A DNA stretch of 64,000 nt, from NCBI RefSeq assembly GCF_001194135.2, contig NC_069004.1, forward strand, positions 35,519,797 through 35,583,796. Direction: 5' to 3'. Positions 12,708 to 27,826 of this stretch are shown here, piece by piece. The notes below the pieces were generated by a model. It was not told the DNA's origin. It was given only the letters and a program-made list of their open reading frames with translations, and did not search any database. The stretch's first letter is position 1. Each line of letters begins with the position of its first letter. Origin of the DNA: Octopus bimaculoides. Taxonomy: Eukaryota. The translations under genes were made by a program, and so were the position numbers.

Positions 12708-13899
12708 CTGCAATATATTTACAATATATACATATATACAATCTGCAATATATAATACAATTATTAACATATATATTGGGTCATCCCATAAATAATGCAG
12801 ATTTTTCAATTGCATGAAGAAAAAGTCGGAGGGGACGGGATAAACTACTTGCATCAACTTGCTATAAAAGCAGGTAGTAATTTTACTTTGTGTTTATTCT
12901 TAGTCCAAGTTTTGAAGAGTGCAGTTTGATTTTAACAGTTATTTTTTTCAAAGCTATAATGGAAGTGAAAAAGGAGCATATTTGGAATATTTTGCTTTAT
13001 GAGTTCAATAAAGGCAACAGCGCAACAGGAAGTTTGAGGAATATTAATGCAGTATATGGGGATTGGATAATAAGTGTAAGCCAGTGTCAATGGTGGTTCC
13101 AGAAATTCCGAGCCAGAAACTACAGCCTAGAAGATGAGCCTTTTCTTGGAAGATCTGTAGAGCTTGAAAATCCTGCAAACCCTGGAGGAACAAAATCCCA
13201 TTGTAACTGTTGAGGAACTAGCAGAGAAGCTTGGATTTGGTCATTCCGCCATTCATTGACACTTGCACCAGAAGAAAAATGACCATCTTTGGTTTCAAGA
13301 TGAAAGGTTTTCTTCCATCAGGATAATGCTCTGCCGCATATAGCAAGGATGACTCCCACTCACACCTCAACTTCCCCTCCTGCCACCCGAAACACACCAA
13401 GCTCTCTCCATCCCCTATTCTCAATTCCTCCATCTGCGCAGGCTCTGCAGTGACAACCATGACTTTGAGATTCAATCTACCAACTCCACTCACAACGCTT
13501 TGGTCACTCCAAGGTGCCACATGGTGGAACTGAACCCAGAACCATGTGGTTGGATAGCATGCTTCTTACCACACAGCCACTCCTGCATTTATGTATGGAA
13601 GACACAAGAAAAAATAAGATTAATAGAAAGAGAGGGTTGATTGGTAATGATGTTAATGACTGATGATGAGCGACAGAAAATTCTGCTTTGGTCCTTACTC
13701 TGCATCCCAGGTGCTCTCTGTCGCAGCCCCGTGTTGGGGTCAATAGTGTTGCCATAGCCAATGGTGATGTCATAGACTGCATCCACGTGGTCCCGCAGGT
13801 GATCGATGCCTGTCTTAAAACCCCTCATTCTTGGTGTCAGAACATATTCATAAGGATGAAGACCTGCACAAGAGAAACAACAAGAAATTATACATGCAT

Positions 13900-13939
<40 letters not shown>

Positions 13940-16422
13940 CACGCATGTTCATACGCATGTAGTATGTATGAATGAGCATATATACATACATATATACATA
14001 TATATATATATGAAGAAGGGAAAGAAAAGGGAAAATAGGAAAGCTCCAGCCAAAGCAGAAAGTTTCACAAAACCTCCATGTTTTAGGTGCAAAGACCCAT
14101 CTTCAGAAAGAAAAATAGTCTGAGAAATGTGTAGTGATACAGGTTCCATTAACCCATTCGAATTTGTAGGTGTTATGGTAGCAGTAGCAGTTACTCTCCA
14201 AATGTTGGTGTAATCAGCTCTCCAAGTGAACTACTGTGCCAATGGAGCACTAACAGCACCGTCTGAGCGTAATCGTTGCCAGAGCAGCTGACTGGCTTCT
14301 GTGCCGGTGGCACGTAAATAGCACCATTTGAGCGTGATCGTTACCAGCATCGTCTTACCGACATCACAGATATTAGTGTTTATTATTTTGTTTACGTTTT
14401 CCTCACTCCTTCACTTGTCTTCTTGTAATTCTTGCACAACTACCTCAGTGCCTTGTTGTGTCTGGGGACATAATTGGTCTTCCCTCGTTCCAGGCATCCA
14501 TTGACAATGCAATTACCTGCTTCAGGTATTAGACTGCGGTCATGCTGGAGCACTACCTTGAAAAATTTTAGTCCAACAAATCAATCCCAGCACAATTTTT
14601 TTCAAAACCTGGTACTTGTTCTATCAGTCTCTTTTGTCAAACTGTTAAGTTAAGGGAACATAAACACACCAACACCAGTTGTCAGGTGGTGGTGGGGGGG
14701 ACAACACACACACACAAATGGTGAGAGAGTTGAAAAGCAAACAAACCTCGTTCCTTAGCAAATTCTTTGCTCTTCTGAATAACATCCTGTTTACAAGGAT
14801 TGAAGCGAGTTCCTTCGGGGAAGACAACCATCCACACCTGTTTTAACGAGAAAGGTTTAGTGTGAGATGGAGGAGGAAGAGGAAGAGGTGATGATGACAA
14901 TGACAATGATGATGATGAAGAAGACTATGACAATGATGATGATGATGATGATGAGTATTGAGGATAAACCAACAGAATATAAACAAACTCTGTCTTCTCC
15001 CATCTTTGAGCAACATCACCACCACTGCCACCATAACTCCTTCGCAGTGACCTCTGGCCTCAGCATCCTCCCTCCTCCACTCACAAGAACTAAAAGTACC
15101 AGTCATACATGAGGGTCTATACAACTAATTGTACCCCTTCTACCACCTCATATCAATTTCAGACAACGTCGAATTACACAGCTAGATGTCCCAGCCAACC
15201 ATTGTGGACATGCATGGGTCAGTGGTTAAGGTGTTGGACTCATGATCATAGGATTGTGGTTTCGATTCCTGGACCAAGTGATGTGTTGTGTTCTCGAGTA
15301 AAACACTTCATTTCACATTGTTGCAGTCTACTCAGCGGGCAAAAGTGAGTTAATCCTGCGATGGACTGGTGTCCCATCCAGGTGGGGAATGTATAAGCCA
15401 ATGAATTGACCCAACAAATTTAACAACATCTCCAGTAACACATTCCACCAAGACACTTGACTTCACCAAACATCATGACTCTTTTAGGATGCCTAGCACT
15501 CTACCACACAACCATTTATACCACTCGATTCCTCCAACTTTGCAACAAATCTATCAGTTCTGTTAGTCTAGCATTCTGCCATTTATACCATTCTACAAGT
15601 CTGCCCCATTTCTTCTGCTCCACAACAAGTCTCAGAATTCTATCAGTCTACCAGTCTCTCATTCCTGCCATGCACTGCTGTTTCTACCATCCACTGCTAC
15701 CATTCTCTCACTCTACCATTCCACAGAAAGAAGGAAAGGAATTACTCACAGGTGTATTTTCATTTTTCAACCGGTTTAGAACACGTTCTATGGTGTGTTG
15801 GTTTTTGGAGAACTTGCCGTCTCTTTTTACGTAAATACATCCATGCTGCAGAGATACCAAAAGAAAGAAAGAATGAAAGAAGGAGGAGGAGGAGAAGGAT
15901 GTGAACAATACTGCATTTTGTATCTTTCATCTTTTCTGTTTTTTTATCTTTTTTCAAGTGATNNNNNNNNNNNNNNNNNNNNNNNNNNNNNNGGGGGGGG
16001 GGGGGGACAAACACACAGAAAGACAGACAGACATACATATATACAACAGGCTTCTTTCAGTTTCCATCTACCAAACCCACTCACAAGGCTTTGGTCAGCC
16101 TGAGGCTATAGCAGAAGACACTTGCCCAAATTGCCACACAGTGGGACTGAACCCGGAACCATGTGGTTGGAAAGCAAGTTTCTTACCACAAAAGCTTTGA
16201 GAAGTAAATTGAAAGAAAAACAAATAAAAAACAAAAGCAATTTTGTTATCGTCTGTGTTTACCTGTCTGAAGTAGAATCCATACATTGGCAGGAACTTTA
16301 GGCTGTCCTTGAGAATATATCGTATGTGGCCGATCATTCCTTGACGTACGGCCAACATATTGGTGACAATCCAGTCGACTGTTGAAAGACAACGAAACAA
16401 AACATTAATATGAGAATTACAC

Positions 16423-16462
<40 letters not shown>

Positions 16463-17849
16463 TGGTGGTGGGTCCAGTATGGGTTGGACAGTTCATGAGG
16501 ATCTAGAATGTGCAGGGCCATGTTGGGCCCCTACAGATCTCTGAGACGGCTTCTATGGCTGGATGCTCTGCCGATTGCCAACCACTTTACACAATGTACT
16601 AAGTACATTTTCCATGCCACCAGTATGTGAAAATTTTTGTGCAAATTGCAAACAAAGAACAGGGGAAAAAGAAGGAAAAAGCTCTATGTGTGTGTGTGTG
16701 TGTGTGTGTGCATATATATGTGTGAGTATAAACATACTTCAGTGTGTGTGTGTGTATTTGTATTTTTTTGTTTTCATGTTAAAATTGCTTGGGTGGCAGT
16801 AATAGTTACTAACGTCTTTCACAGAAATGGCAGCTGAATGTGTGTAAAACACTTTGATGACAACAGGAAGGGCATCCAACCATAGAATATCATCTCAACA
16901 AGTTCTCTTCAACTGATGCCAACATCGAAAAAAAAATGGATGCAAAAATGGTGAGGATGACTGGAATGAACAATTAAGTTGCATCATAAGCCACTCATCT
17001 GGTTTCCATGATGTATAAGAGACCAAAATCCCAACAATCTGCCCTAAATGGGACTCCAGTCTGTCGCAGGAGTGACCTGTTTGCAGCTGAGTGGACTGGT
17101 GCAATGTGAAACAAAGTGTTTTGCTCAACAGCACAATGTGTCACCCACTCCAGGAATTGAAACCACAAGCTTACAATCACGAGTCAAACATACAAGATCA
17201 CATGTGAACCTATTGCATAATTAATTATAATTAAAAAAGCAATAGATTGATTTTGGCTTAATCTGAAATGTCAAAGGTCAGTGGGTAATGATCGCCGTTA
17301 TGTCAAGATGCTGTCATCATTGATGACGTAAAGGTTAGTAAATAAAGAGAGTGGACTTCAGTCTGATTTAATACGGCAAAAGAGGGGGAGGGTCAAGGAG
17401 ATTATTATTATGAGGAGGAAGAGGAGGAGGAGGATAATGATGGTGGTGATTAAGATAATAAGGACGGTAATAACATTGATGATAATGATGATGATGATGG
17501 TTTCAAATGTAGACGCAAGGTCAGAGATTTGTGGCAAAGGAAGAGGTTAGACAATCACATCGACCCCAGCATTTGACTGGAACTTTGTTTTATTAACCCC
17601 TACAAGGATGAAGGGCTAAACTGATTTTGGTGGGATTTGAACTCAGAAAATAAAGAATTGGAAGAAATGGTGCCCTTCCTAACTCCAACAATTAGCACCC
17701 TGTACACTCTCTTAAGTGGCTGGCATTAGGAAGGGCATCCAGCTGTAGAAACTGTGCCAAGGTAGACATAGGACTTGGTGGAGCCCTCCAGCTTACTTGT
17801 CCTTGTCAAATTATCCAACCCATGCCAGCATGGAAAAAAGGAAAGTTAA

Positions 17850-17880
<31 letters not shown>

Positions 17881-18534
17881 NNNNNNNNNNNNNNNNNNNN
17901 NNNNNNNNAAATTTTTTTTCTCCGTGTTTTTCTCCTTGTCTCTGTATTCTTTCTGTTGAAGAGCGTAGCTCGAAACGTCAAAGACTTTCCGTATTCCCGA
18001 GCGTCATACTAATACATCCTTTTGTTATTTACACCACCTGTCCTCGTCTGTTGTTTTTTCGTACATTCTCCCATATATATATATATAAACAAAACCTATA
18101 CATTCATGCATGCCCACACACCCACACCCATCTACATAGCTGTTTATTATTAGACAAACTCCAACATTTACAGAATGATCACAATGTTTCATTATCTGCT
18201 CAGAATGAAACAAAGCTGAAACGGGGTTGGTTCCTCTATTGAATTTCAATCAGTAACCAATCACATTTTGCCTTCGTTTCTGTCTAAATCAACATTCTGA
18301 GGAGATAACGAAACATTGTGATCATTCTGTAGATGTCGAGTTTATCTGATAAAAGAATAAACTTCATCATAAATGTATTTCATTTTACATAAATAATGTA
18401 TTGAATATTTTCTATTTATCAGTCACTACTTCTCTTATGACTAACAGATTTTATCACTCATACACACACACACATCTATCTATCTATCTATATATATATA
18501 TATGTATGCTGACACACAAATGCACACATACATA

Positions 18535-18573
<39 letters not shown>

Positions 18574-20791
18574 TATTAATAAATTATAGGGTATCAAAAA
18601 AAATTTTTGAAATTTTATTTACCACCAGTGGTCTAGCGAGAGTAAAAATCAGCCAATAGACTATGTATTATTCATTTAAAATACAGAGATGCCTATAATA
18701 GGACATCTGACCCGCTAGAAAGAGCAGCAAAAGACTACATACCAAAACCGCAAATACGCGGTAAATTTGGAAAATTAAACATATGAACACAGGCCATGCT
18801 CCCTATAACTCGTGTTTCATATGTTGTCTGGTCATTCTGCCGATGATAGTCCAACCATTGTAAGATATATTTTTATCTTACTAAATTGACTTGAAACCAT
18901 GGTACAGAATATAGATTGGTAAATGTTTTTATTTTTCATTCCCTTTCGAAATTATCCCTATTTTTGTGGTATGTAGTCTTTTGCTGCTCTTTCTAGCGGG
19001 TCAGATGTCCTATTATAGGCATCTCTGTATTTTAAATGAATATGGGGTGTGATGGGTAAATTGTCAACATTTAAAATTTTTGATTTCACATATGCGCATT
19101 GTTTGTTTTTGATTTTATCGACTACACAGTATAGTAGGGTCAGCTGGGCACCAGCTGTGAGAAAAACAGCACCATGAGGCAATTCACTTTGCTAGAAATT
19201 TGGAAATGACATGCTGTACTGCTTGGCATTCATGCTAGAAGCTCCAATATGAATATTTCAGAGTGTTTGGGTGTCAATGTGAGGACATGTACCATGAAAG
19301 ATAAAAATTAAACATCCAGTCAACATTATGGTGTTTGGAGTGATCACTAGTAATGGCGACATTATGCCTCCATTCATCTTCCCACACGGCCTGACACTTA
19401 ACATGGAGGCCTACATCAAGTGCCTGAAGGTGGTAGTGCTGCCCTGGGTCAAGAGGGTGGCTGCTTTACTTTCAAACTGGCCATATCAGGACTCTCACAC
19501 CTACCTTACAATGTCACTCTGAAAATAAACAGACATTCCAATATTTCAAAGCTATCGGATAATGCATGGTTAATTTTTCATTTTAGAAAACAAGAATAAA
19601 TATTACGTTTAGCAGAGTAACCCGAATGTTAAAAGGTTAAATTAATGATGATGCTGATGATGATGATGACTACATGGTGTGTTTTTCTGTTCGATCCTGA
19701 ATCAAGGACTTGTGTGCAAAAGGACAAAAGTTTCTCATTAGAATGGCAAACACACCATTATCTTCATTGGATCCAAAAATATAACAATGTCTCGACCCAG
19801 GTCACATTCTGCCTTCATCTATTTTTAACCTTTTCAATATTCTCAATAAAAGGTTAAGTTATTATTATCATTATTATTATCATCGCTGTGCTAATTATTA
19901 TCATCGTTATGTAGGACGTTAGCTATTTATGTTAACCCATTTGTGTTTGATATTTTTGTTTTCTTTTTCTTAAACCTCCAGGTTGATTTGTTGTTTTTTT
20001 TAAATTTTTTTTTTTGCACAGTCAAAAAACTTGAGAAGAATTTAATATATTTTTTTGCTAAAATGTAGTGGAAGGGCTGTTTGGATGAAGAAGAAAACCA
20101 AAGAAGATGTGAGAAGTAGAGGTGAAACTGACCTCAAAAGGTTGGACCTTAACAAGGAGATGAGAAAAGACTGCAACAAGTGGCAAAACAATGTAGATCC
20201 ATCAAACCCTTACAAACATTGTAAAATGGATATGATCGTCATTATGATGATGATGACAACGTTGTCAATGTCGATGATGTATGTTTGACATATCGAAACT
20301 AAACAGAATTCTATATGTACCGTACTGTTTACCTTACTTATAAATAAACACGTCAGACTTGATACCAGTGACTCACAATATTGTTCAATTCGTGACTCAC
20401 CGGAGACAAATTTCTGCCATACATCACATGCAAAGTTAAGAAAAACTATTTTAAAGTTAAACTATTAGAAAAAAAAAAAAACGTAAAACTAAAATAAAAT
20501 AAACCATTGCTTGCTTCATTTTATAAATTATTCTTGTGTTTAAATGGTTGTCGGAATATTTCCCGTTGGGGACTTTTTCCTTCTTTATTATATTCTTTTC
20601 TATTCTAGGCACAAGGGGAGGGAGCTAGTCAATTAGATCAACCCCAGTACATGACTGGTACTTAATTTATCGACCAAGTTGCAGACAGTCAGAAAGATTC
20701 AATGACTTTTTCATTTACCTGAGTGTCAAATTAATACACCTGCTTGGTTGTTCATACACCTGTCTTCATCTTTTGTTTATCTCTAAATTTC

Positions 20792-20829
<38 letters not shown>

Positions 20830-23800
20830 CCTCATCATCATCATAACCATTTTACATCCATTTTTTTATGTTATATTCAATGTTTGTGCCACACAAAACA
20901 CCTGTGCTGGTGTCACACAAAACATCTGTGCCAGTGTCATGTAAAAGCACTTGCGCTGACGTCACTCAAAAAAACACCCTTTGTATGCTCTGTAAAGTGG
21001 TTGGCATGTTAGGAAGGGCAACAAGTCGTTGAAACCATGCCACAACAGACAACTGGAGCCTGGTGCCAGCTCCTGTCAAAACCATCCAACCCATGCCAGC
21101 ATGGAAAACAGATGCTAAATGATGATGATGATGATTTCCCATGTTTGCATGGGTCTGATGGAGTTTGTTGAGGCATGTTTTCTATGACCAGATGCCCCCA
21201 AATTTTAAGATTTCAAGAAATAAATAAAAAAATCAATTTAAACAGTATTTACACTTTGAAAAGGTTAGAACAGTTCTTCCACGGCATGCTGGTAGCAATA
21301 ATAAAATAAGTACCAGTAATATATTAGGTGTCAATTCATTGAACAGTGACCTTATATGGCTGTGTCAAAACCAGATTAAGCCAGTACTTACCAGTACTCT
21401 GGTGGTTAGATATATAGATGATGTTTTCGGGTTTACTAAAGAGTGCATCCACATCACCATAGAGATGAAGCTGCAACGAAAAAGTTAAACATTTCTTTAT
21501 TAGTCACAGAAAACGGTTGATGATTAAAAGAAAGAAAATGGAATGCTGTTGATGGTAAGTCTTTATGTCTCTTAGATGTGTAATTACTGAGTGTGTGTAT
21601 GTGTGTGTGTGTGTGTGTGTGGAGGTGCAATGCCCCAGTGGTTAGGAGAGTGGACCATATTTCTCTCTCTCTCTTACACACACACACACATATATTCACC
21701 ATGCTTGACCAATAAATCTACAAGATTTTTTTTTGTTCTCTCTGTTTATTTTCTCTTGTTCCTTTCTGTCGCAGAGCGTAAGCTCTAAACGTAAAAGACT
21801 TTTCCATTTTGCTCGAGCATCAAACTAATACACCTGCTTTTTGTTCATACACCTGTCTTTGACTTTTTGTTTTTCAATAAATTTCAATGATACATATACA
21901 CACACGTGTGTGCGTATATATGTGAGTGTATATATGTGAGTGTGCATGTACGTATGCCAGATAGAAGAAGATTTAAAAGAAAATTTAGAAAAATAAAGAA
22001 GTGTGTGAGAGTTTGAACACGATAGACGACCCCCACCCCCGACTTCCACCCTGCCAACCCATGGTGAAGAAAATGATAACAAGTGACATTGCTAAAAGTT
22101 CAGAAGATAGGAAGATGACGCAAAAAGATGGCAACGGCTTGAACTGAGGGTCAAAAATCAATATAAAAAAACAAAATATAAACAGAAATTAAATGAAATT
22201 CATAAAAAAAAAAGAAAAAAACTTCAATATGGAACCTACTAGAATGGTTGTTATCAAACAATTGTTACAACTAGTTTACTCCTGATTTAAACTTGCTAAT
22301 TATTATTATTATTATTATTATTATTAACAACATCAAGGTAAGCTGGCAGAACTGTGAGCACAATGGACAACAAAATGCTTAGCAGTATTTCTGTCTGTCT
22401 TTGCATTCTGAGTTCAAATCTTTGCCAAGGCTGATGTTGCCTTTTATCCTTTCAGGGTCAATAAAATAAGAACCAGTTAAACAGTGGGGTTGATGTAACT
22501 GACTTGGCCCCCTGTCTCCCAATATTGCTGGCCTTGCGCCAAAATTTGAAGCTATAATTATTATTGTAAGGCAGCGAGACAGCAGAATAGTTAGCATGCC
22601 AGACTAAAAGCTTAGCAGCATTTCATCTGTCTTTATGTTCTGAGTTCAAATTCTGCCGGGGTCAACTTTGACTTTCATCCCATTGGGGTCCTCATCCATA
22701 ATGCATCACATAATCAAACCAGTCTCCTCTCTTGCATGTTACATCTGATTCCCCTTATGCCTAACTTTGCACTTTGTTGCAAGTGCACCCTAACATTGGT
22801 TGCCAAGCAGAGAATACTAGCTTCAGTCCTCTCTCTCTTGTATACAGAGGAAATTTAAAATACGTCCTATATATTGATCTGTCTTTCTCCCCAGACACGA
22901 CAAAACTTTAAACATTGACGGGAAAGAAATGACACACCACCCCACACCCCCAGACCAGGGAGACTTGAATGCTTTGCAAAAAGAGTGAACACTACAAAAG
23001 ACATCCATGGGCCAGGAGGAGGAGGCGGTGGTGGTGGTGGTGTTAAACCAGGCAACAATCAAGGGAATATTGGAGCCTGGTGCAGCCTTCTGGCTTGCCA
23101 GTCCTCAGTCAAATCGTCCAACCCATGCCAGCATGGAAAGCGGACGTTAAATGATGATGATGATATATAGATAGATAGAGAGAGATACATGGAGGCTGTC
23201 GAAGGAAGTGGATCTGGAAAACAGTGTGATCCGATTCCTTATTGTTAAAACTGTGACAGACAGAAAAATAAAGTAGAAGAGGGGGGGGGAGGCGGACTAT
23301 GGAAGAGAAGGAAAGGAAAAGGGGGAAAAAAAAAGACGAGGCCATAGAGAAGAAGATTTCTGAAAGGGGAGAAGGCTGAGGTGATAAAATGACAACAATG
23401 ATGATGATGATGATGATTTAGCATTATGTGGGGTCAAGCATAAGAAAGAATCCCCACATGGCAAATGAACCTGCCAAAAACAGCAGCCAAATTTCCCTCA
23501 AACCACATCCTAACATCTTGAATAAGGAAAGGACTCATCAGGTAGTGTAGCCACCTCACACAACCTTAAAAAAAACAAGATGGTCATGGCTGGAATGGAA
23601 TGCTTTCGATCAGACCTGACCAGTAGCTAAACAACATGATGATGATGATGATGATGATGACCATCAGCACGATGCTGATTATTACAATTATGATGGTGAT
23701 GGCTGAATGCTGATGGCTATGATGATGATGATGCAGATGATGATGTAATATCCAGACTGCTGCTGCTGCTGCAGATGAGGATGGTGATGAGGATGGTGAT

Positions 23801-25403
23801 GAGGATGGTGATGAGGATGGTGATGAGAGCCACGGCTTTCCAGAATACAATTCCATTTTTAGTTTTACAAAGCCATTATAAGGAATAGAAATCGGTGGAG
23901 CTTCAGAACAGATGTCCCATACCTGATGGGGGTGGGGGGAGAGGGGCAGGAAAGAATAAAGTAAAAAAATACCCTTAGGTTGCAGAATGGAGAGGAGGGA
24001 GTGGGGTGGAGGTGGGGGTGGGAGGTAAAAAAATGTTCAAAATTCAAAATCCTGCGGGGAAAATAAAATTCTCAGAATTTCAATTATTGTTGCTGAGAAG
24101 GATGAAAGGTAAAACTGTACAGCAAAGAGGACAATGATGATGGTGATGGTGATGATGATGACGATGATGATGATAATGGTGGTGGTCGTCGTCGTCGTAG
24201 TAGTAGTTGCAGCGATGATGACAACAGTGCAAATGTAAAACGATGACAGCGATGATGTAATCGACGCTAACGGAACAGTAAACGGAAATCAGAGAAAAGA
24301 CTTAAACCGAANNNNNNNNNNNNNNNNNNNNNNNNNNNNNNNNNNNNNNNNNNNNNNNNNNNNNNNNNNNNNNNNNNNNNNNNNNNNNNNNNNNNNNNNN
24401 NGGAGAGTAGGGGGGTGACGTTGAGCGGGAAAGAGAAAGAAAAAAATAAGGAGTAACGGATGAAGACATAGGTTGATGGATGAGAGGTAGAGAGAAATCA
24501 TCATCATCATCATCATCATCGTTTAACGTCCGCTTTCCATGCTAGCATGGGTTGGACGATTTGACTGAGGACTGGTGAAACCGGATGGCAACACCAGGCT
24601 CGATGTATATATATGTGTGTGTATATATGTGTTTGTGTGTATATATGTATATCTATATATATGAGTATATAAACATATATATATATATAGATAGATAGAT
24701 AGATATATATATGTTTATTCACATACACACACACACAAAAACAAAGATTGAGTCTTGGCACATTTGATTAAGGAGCTTGCTTTGCAACCAAGTAGTTTGG
24801 AGTTCAATCTCACTGCACAGCACTGCACGCAAGTGTCTTCTACAAGCCTCAGGTAGATAAATGTCTTATGAGTGAATCTGTTAGAAGGAAACTGTGTGGA
24901 AGCTCATTATGTGTGTGTGTGCATGTGTGTTTATTCCTCACAAATACTTGACAACCGGTGTTAGTTTGTTTACATTCCTGTACCTTAGCAGATTAACATA
25001 AAAACTGTTTTAATTATTTGGCAAAGAAAAAAAAAAGAAAGAAAATGACCCTCCCCAAAATATTGTTAGAACTGAACATAAAAACAAACATTAACATGAG
25101 TGGCTACGTACAAGGGTGGGGGACTGTGTAGTAAGTAGCTTGCTTACCAACCACATGGTCCTGGGTTCAGTCCCACTGCATGGCACCTTCGGCAAGTGTC
25201 TTCTACTTTAGCCTCAGGCCAACCAAAGCTTTGTGAGTGGATTTGGTAGACGGAAACTGAAAGAAGCCTGTCGTATATATATAGAGCTTTGCTCAGAACT
25301 TAAAACCATTTTTCTTTCCTTCCCTGAGCGTCTGCTAATACTTTACATGTACCATATGCTTGTGTTGTTGTTTTTGTGTTTGTTGTTGTTCTTTTTGGGG
25401 ATT

Positions 25404-25446
<43 letters not shown>

Positions 25447-25933
25447 CACACACATACATTCTGATGTTAGTGTGTTTATATCTCCCATAACATAGCTGTC
25501 TGGCAAAAGAGACTGATAGAATAAGTATGAAGCTTAAAAAATTAGGAACTGGTGTTCAATCTGTTTTATTCAATTTCAAGGCAGTACTCCAGTATGGCCA
25601 CAGCCAAGTGACTGAAGCAAATACAAGAGTTAAAAAAAAAACCTTATAGTTTATTATGAAATGTTAAAACGTTTCATTGCACAATACTATTATTGTTTTG
25701 GAGTGTTCTTAGAATGTCTGTCTCAAGATGTTTCAGCTTCAATGCACAGTAGGAGTGGTGGTGGTGGTGGTGGAGGGTTCAATACCACACAATGCTATAT
25801 GGTGCTGGGTGGGAGTGTCCGTGATGTCTGACAAAGGCAGATGGGCGTCGGAAGATCTGTTATTGGCAGGTCAATGAACTTTCCAGCACTGACACTACAA
25901 TAGTGTTGGAGGCGTCTGTGCGTGTATATATAT

Positions 25934-25973
<40 letters not shown>

Positions 25974-26583
25974 TATATTGATATTTCTGTATGTACATAC
26001 ACATACACACATCATCATATTCATTATATACATATAATATATACATCTATGTACGCATGTATGTATGATCGCATGTATGTATGTATGTATGTATGTATGA
26101 AGGTATGTATATGGAAAAGGAGAGATAAAAAGAGGGAGAAAGACTGGAATTAGAATATTAAATGCTCCATCAAAATATTGGGGGAAAAATATTAAATAAT
26201 ACAGAAAGTGGGAAAGATTGAGTATTGAAAGGTGGACAATATAGACAGGGAGACAGGTGGACAAGGTAGACAAACAGTGAACTCTCTGTCTCTCTCTCAC
26301 ATATATATATATATATATATATATAACGGGTGTGGTTGATGGACCTGCTAGAAACAGAAACCAAATCTCCTTCAATTCACGTCTTAAACAAGTAAAGGAC
26401 CCATGGTTTAATGTAGATTTAGGCACAGTTTAAGACAGAACAAAATGGTCACACCTGGAGAGCTTTTTTGTTCACAGGTCTTGTTGGCTGAGCGTTGACC
26501 TGACATATATAGACAGACATAAATAAATCGATAAATAAACGAAGGTACACACTCGTAAATATGCATACACAAATATACACCAG

Positions 26584-26618
<35 letters not shown>

Positions 26619-26691
26619 CTCCACTAAACACACATACATTAGTCTACTGTGTGGAGGCGTTCAACATAAAACACACATCTGTTCATGTGTA

Positions 26692-26729
<38 letters not shown>

Positions 26730-27783
26730 GGGAGATTGTACGAAAAAACAACAACAGACGAGGACAGGTGGTGTAAATAACAAAAGGATGTATTAGTATG
26801 ACGCTCGGGAATACGGAAAGTAAAAGTATATTTAATGTACACAAACACACATGCAAGTGTATATATATATAGAACAATACAAAAACACACATGTATGTAT
26901 GTAAAAGTACATGTATGTATTCGTATATAATGTGTGTGTGTGTAAAATGATAAAAAAAAACAATGCTATTGAAAATATGTTATGTGAAAATAATAAAAAC
27001 AAATGTAAGGTGCTTGAAATATAAAAAACGATGATGGATGTAATGAATGAATGAGGAAGAATAATAATAAACCAATGGTTTGTGAAGGAGCGACAGAACA
27101 AGAGAGAGAGAGATGGGGAGAAGAAATAGAAAGAACGAGAAGATGGATGAATGGGTGAGACAGTAAAAACAGACGAAGACAAAGACCAGATTTGTCTGGG
27201 AAAACTGAGTATCTGTCTAGAGACAGATGGATAGACAGATAGATAGATATGCTTGATAGGCTCTCGACCCGAGTAGATGAGGGAGTTCACGACCACCACC
27301 ATCATCACGACGGTGATGAAGATGATGATGAAGATGCTGGTGGTTATGGCGGAGATAATAATGATGATTAAAATGGTGATGATAATGATGATGATGGCGG
27401 TGGTTTTTCTTCAGCTGCTTTCAGGACAGGGACTGCCTATTTATAGAGGAAAAACAAGGAAAGGGGGGAAGTGAGGGGATTATCGTTTCAATCGATTTTA
27501 CCAACGCATATTACTGGTATTTATTTATTTTGACACCTCGGAAGAATTTAAGGCAAAGGCCGGATGCGATGGAATTTAACCACCAATAACAATAATAATA
27601 ATAATAGCCGTGAGAATCCGCATAAACAAAACAATTTATACAAAAGGCTTCGAAACATATATATTGGGGTAATCTTAACGTTCAGCGTCCTTAAATGTAG
27701 ACGGTGGTTAGGGTATTAGAAGGTGAAAAGAAATATTTATTCAGGACGATAAACATAGAAATCATCTAACATATCTGACAATC

Positions 27784-27826
<43 letters not shown>

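Noticed and set aside
23997-24022. Canonical four-G-run quadruplex motif in AGPAT5 intron 1
   Set aside because: Lies in low-complexity purine-rich sequence where such motifs are expected by chance; no further evidence.
25860-27474. ORFs rich in YI/CV/HT/M repeats (here and throughout the window)
   Set aside because: Translations of (TA)n, (CA)n and (GAT)n microsatellites.
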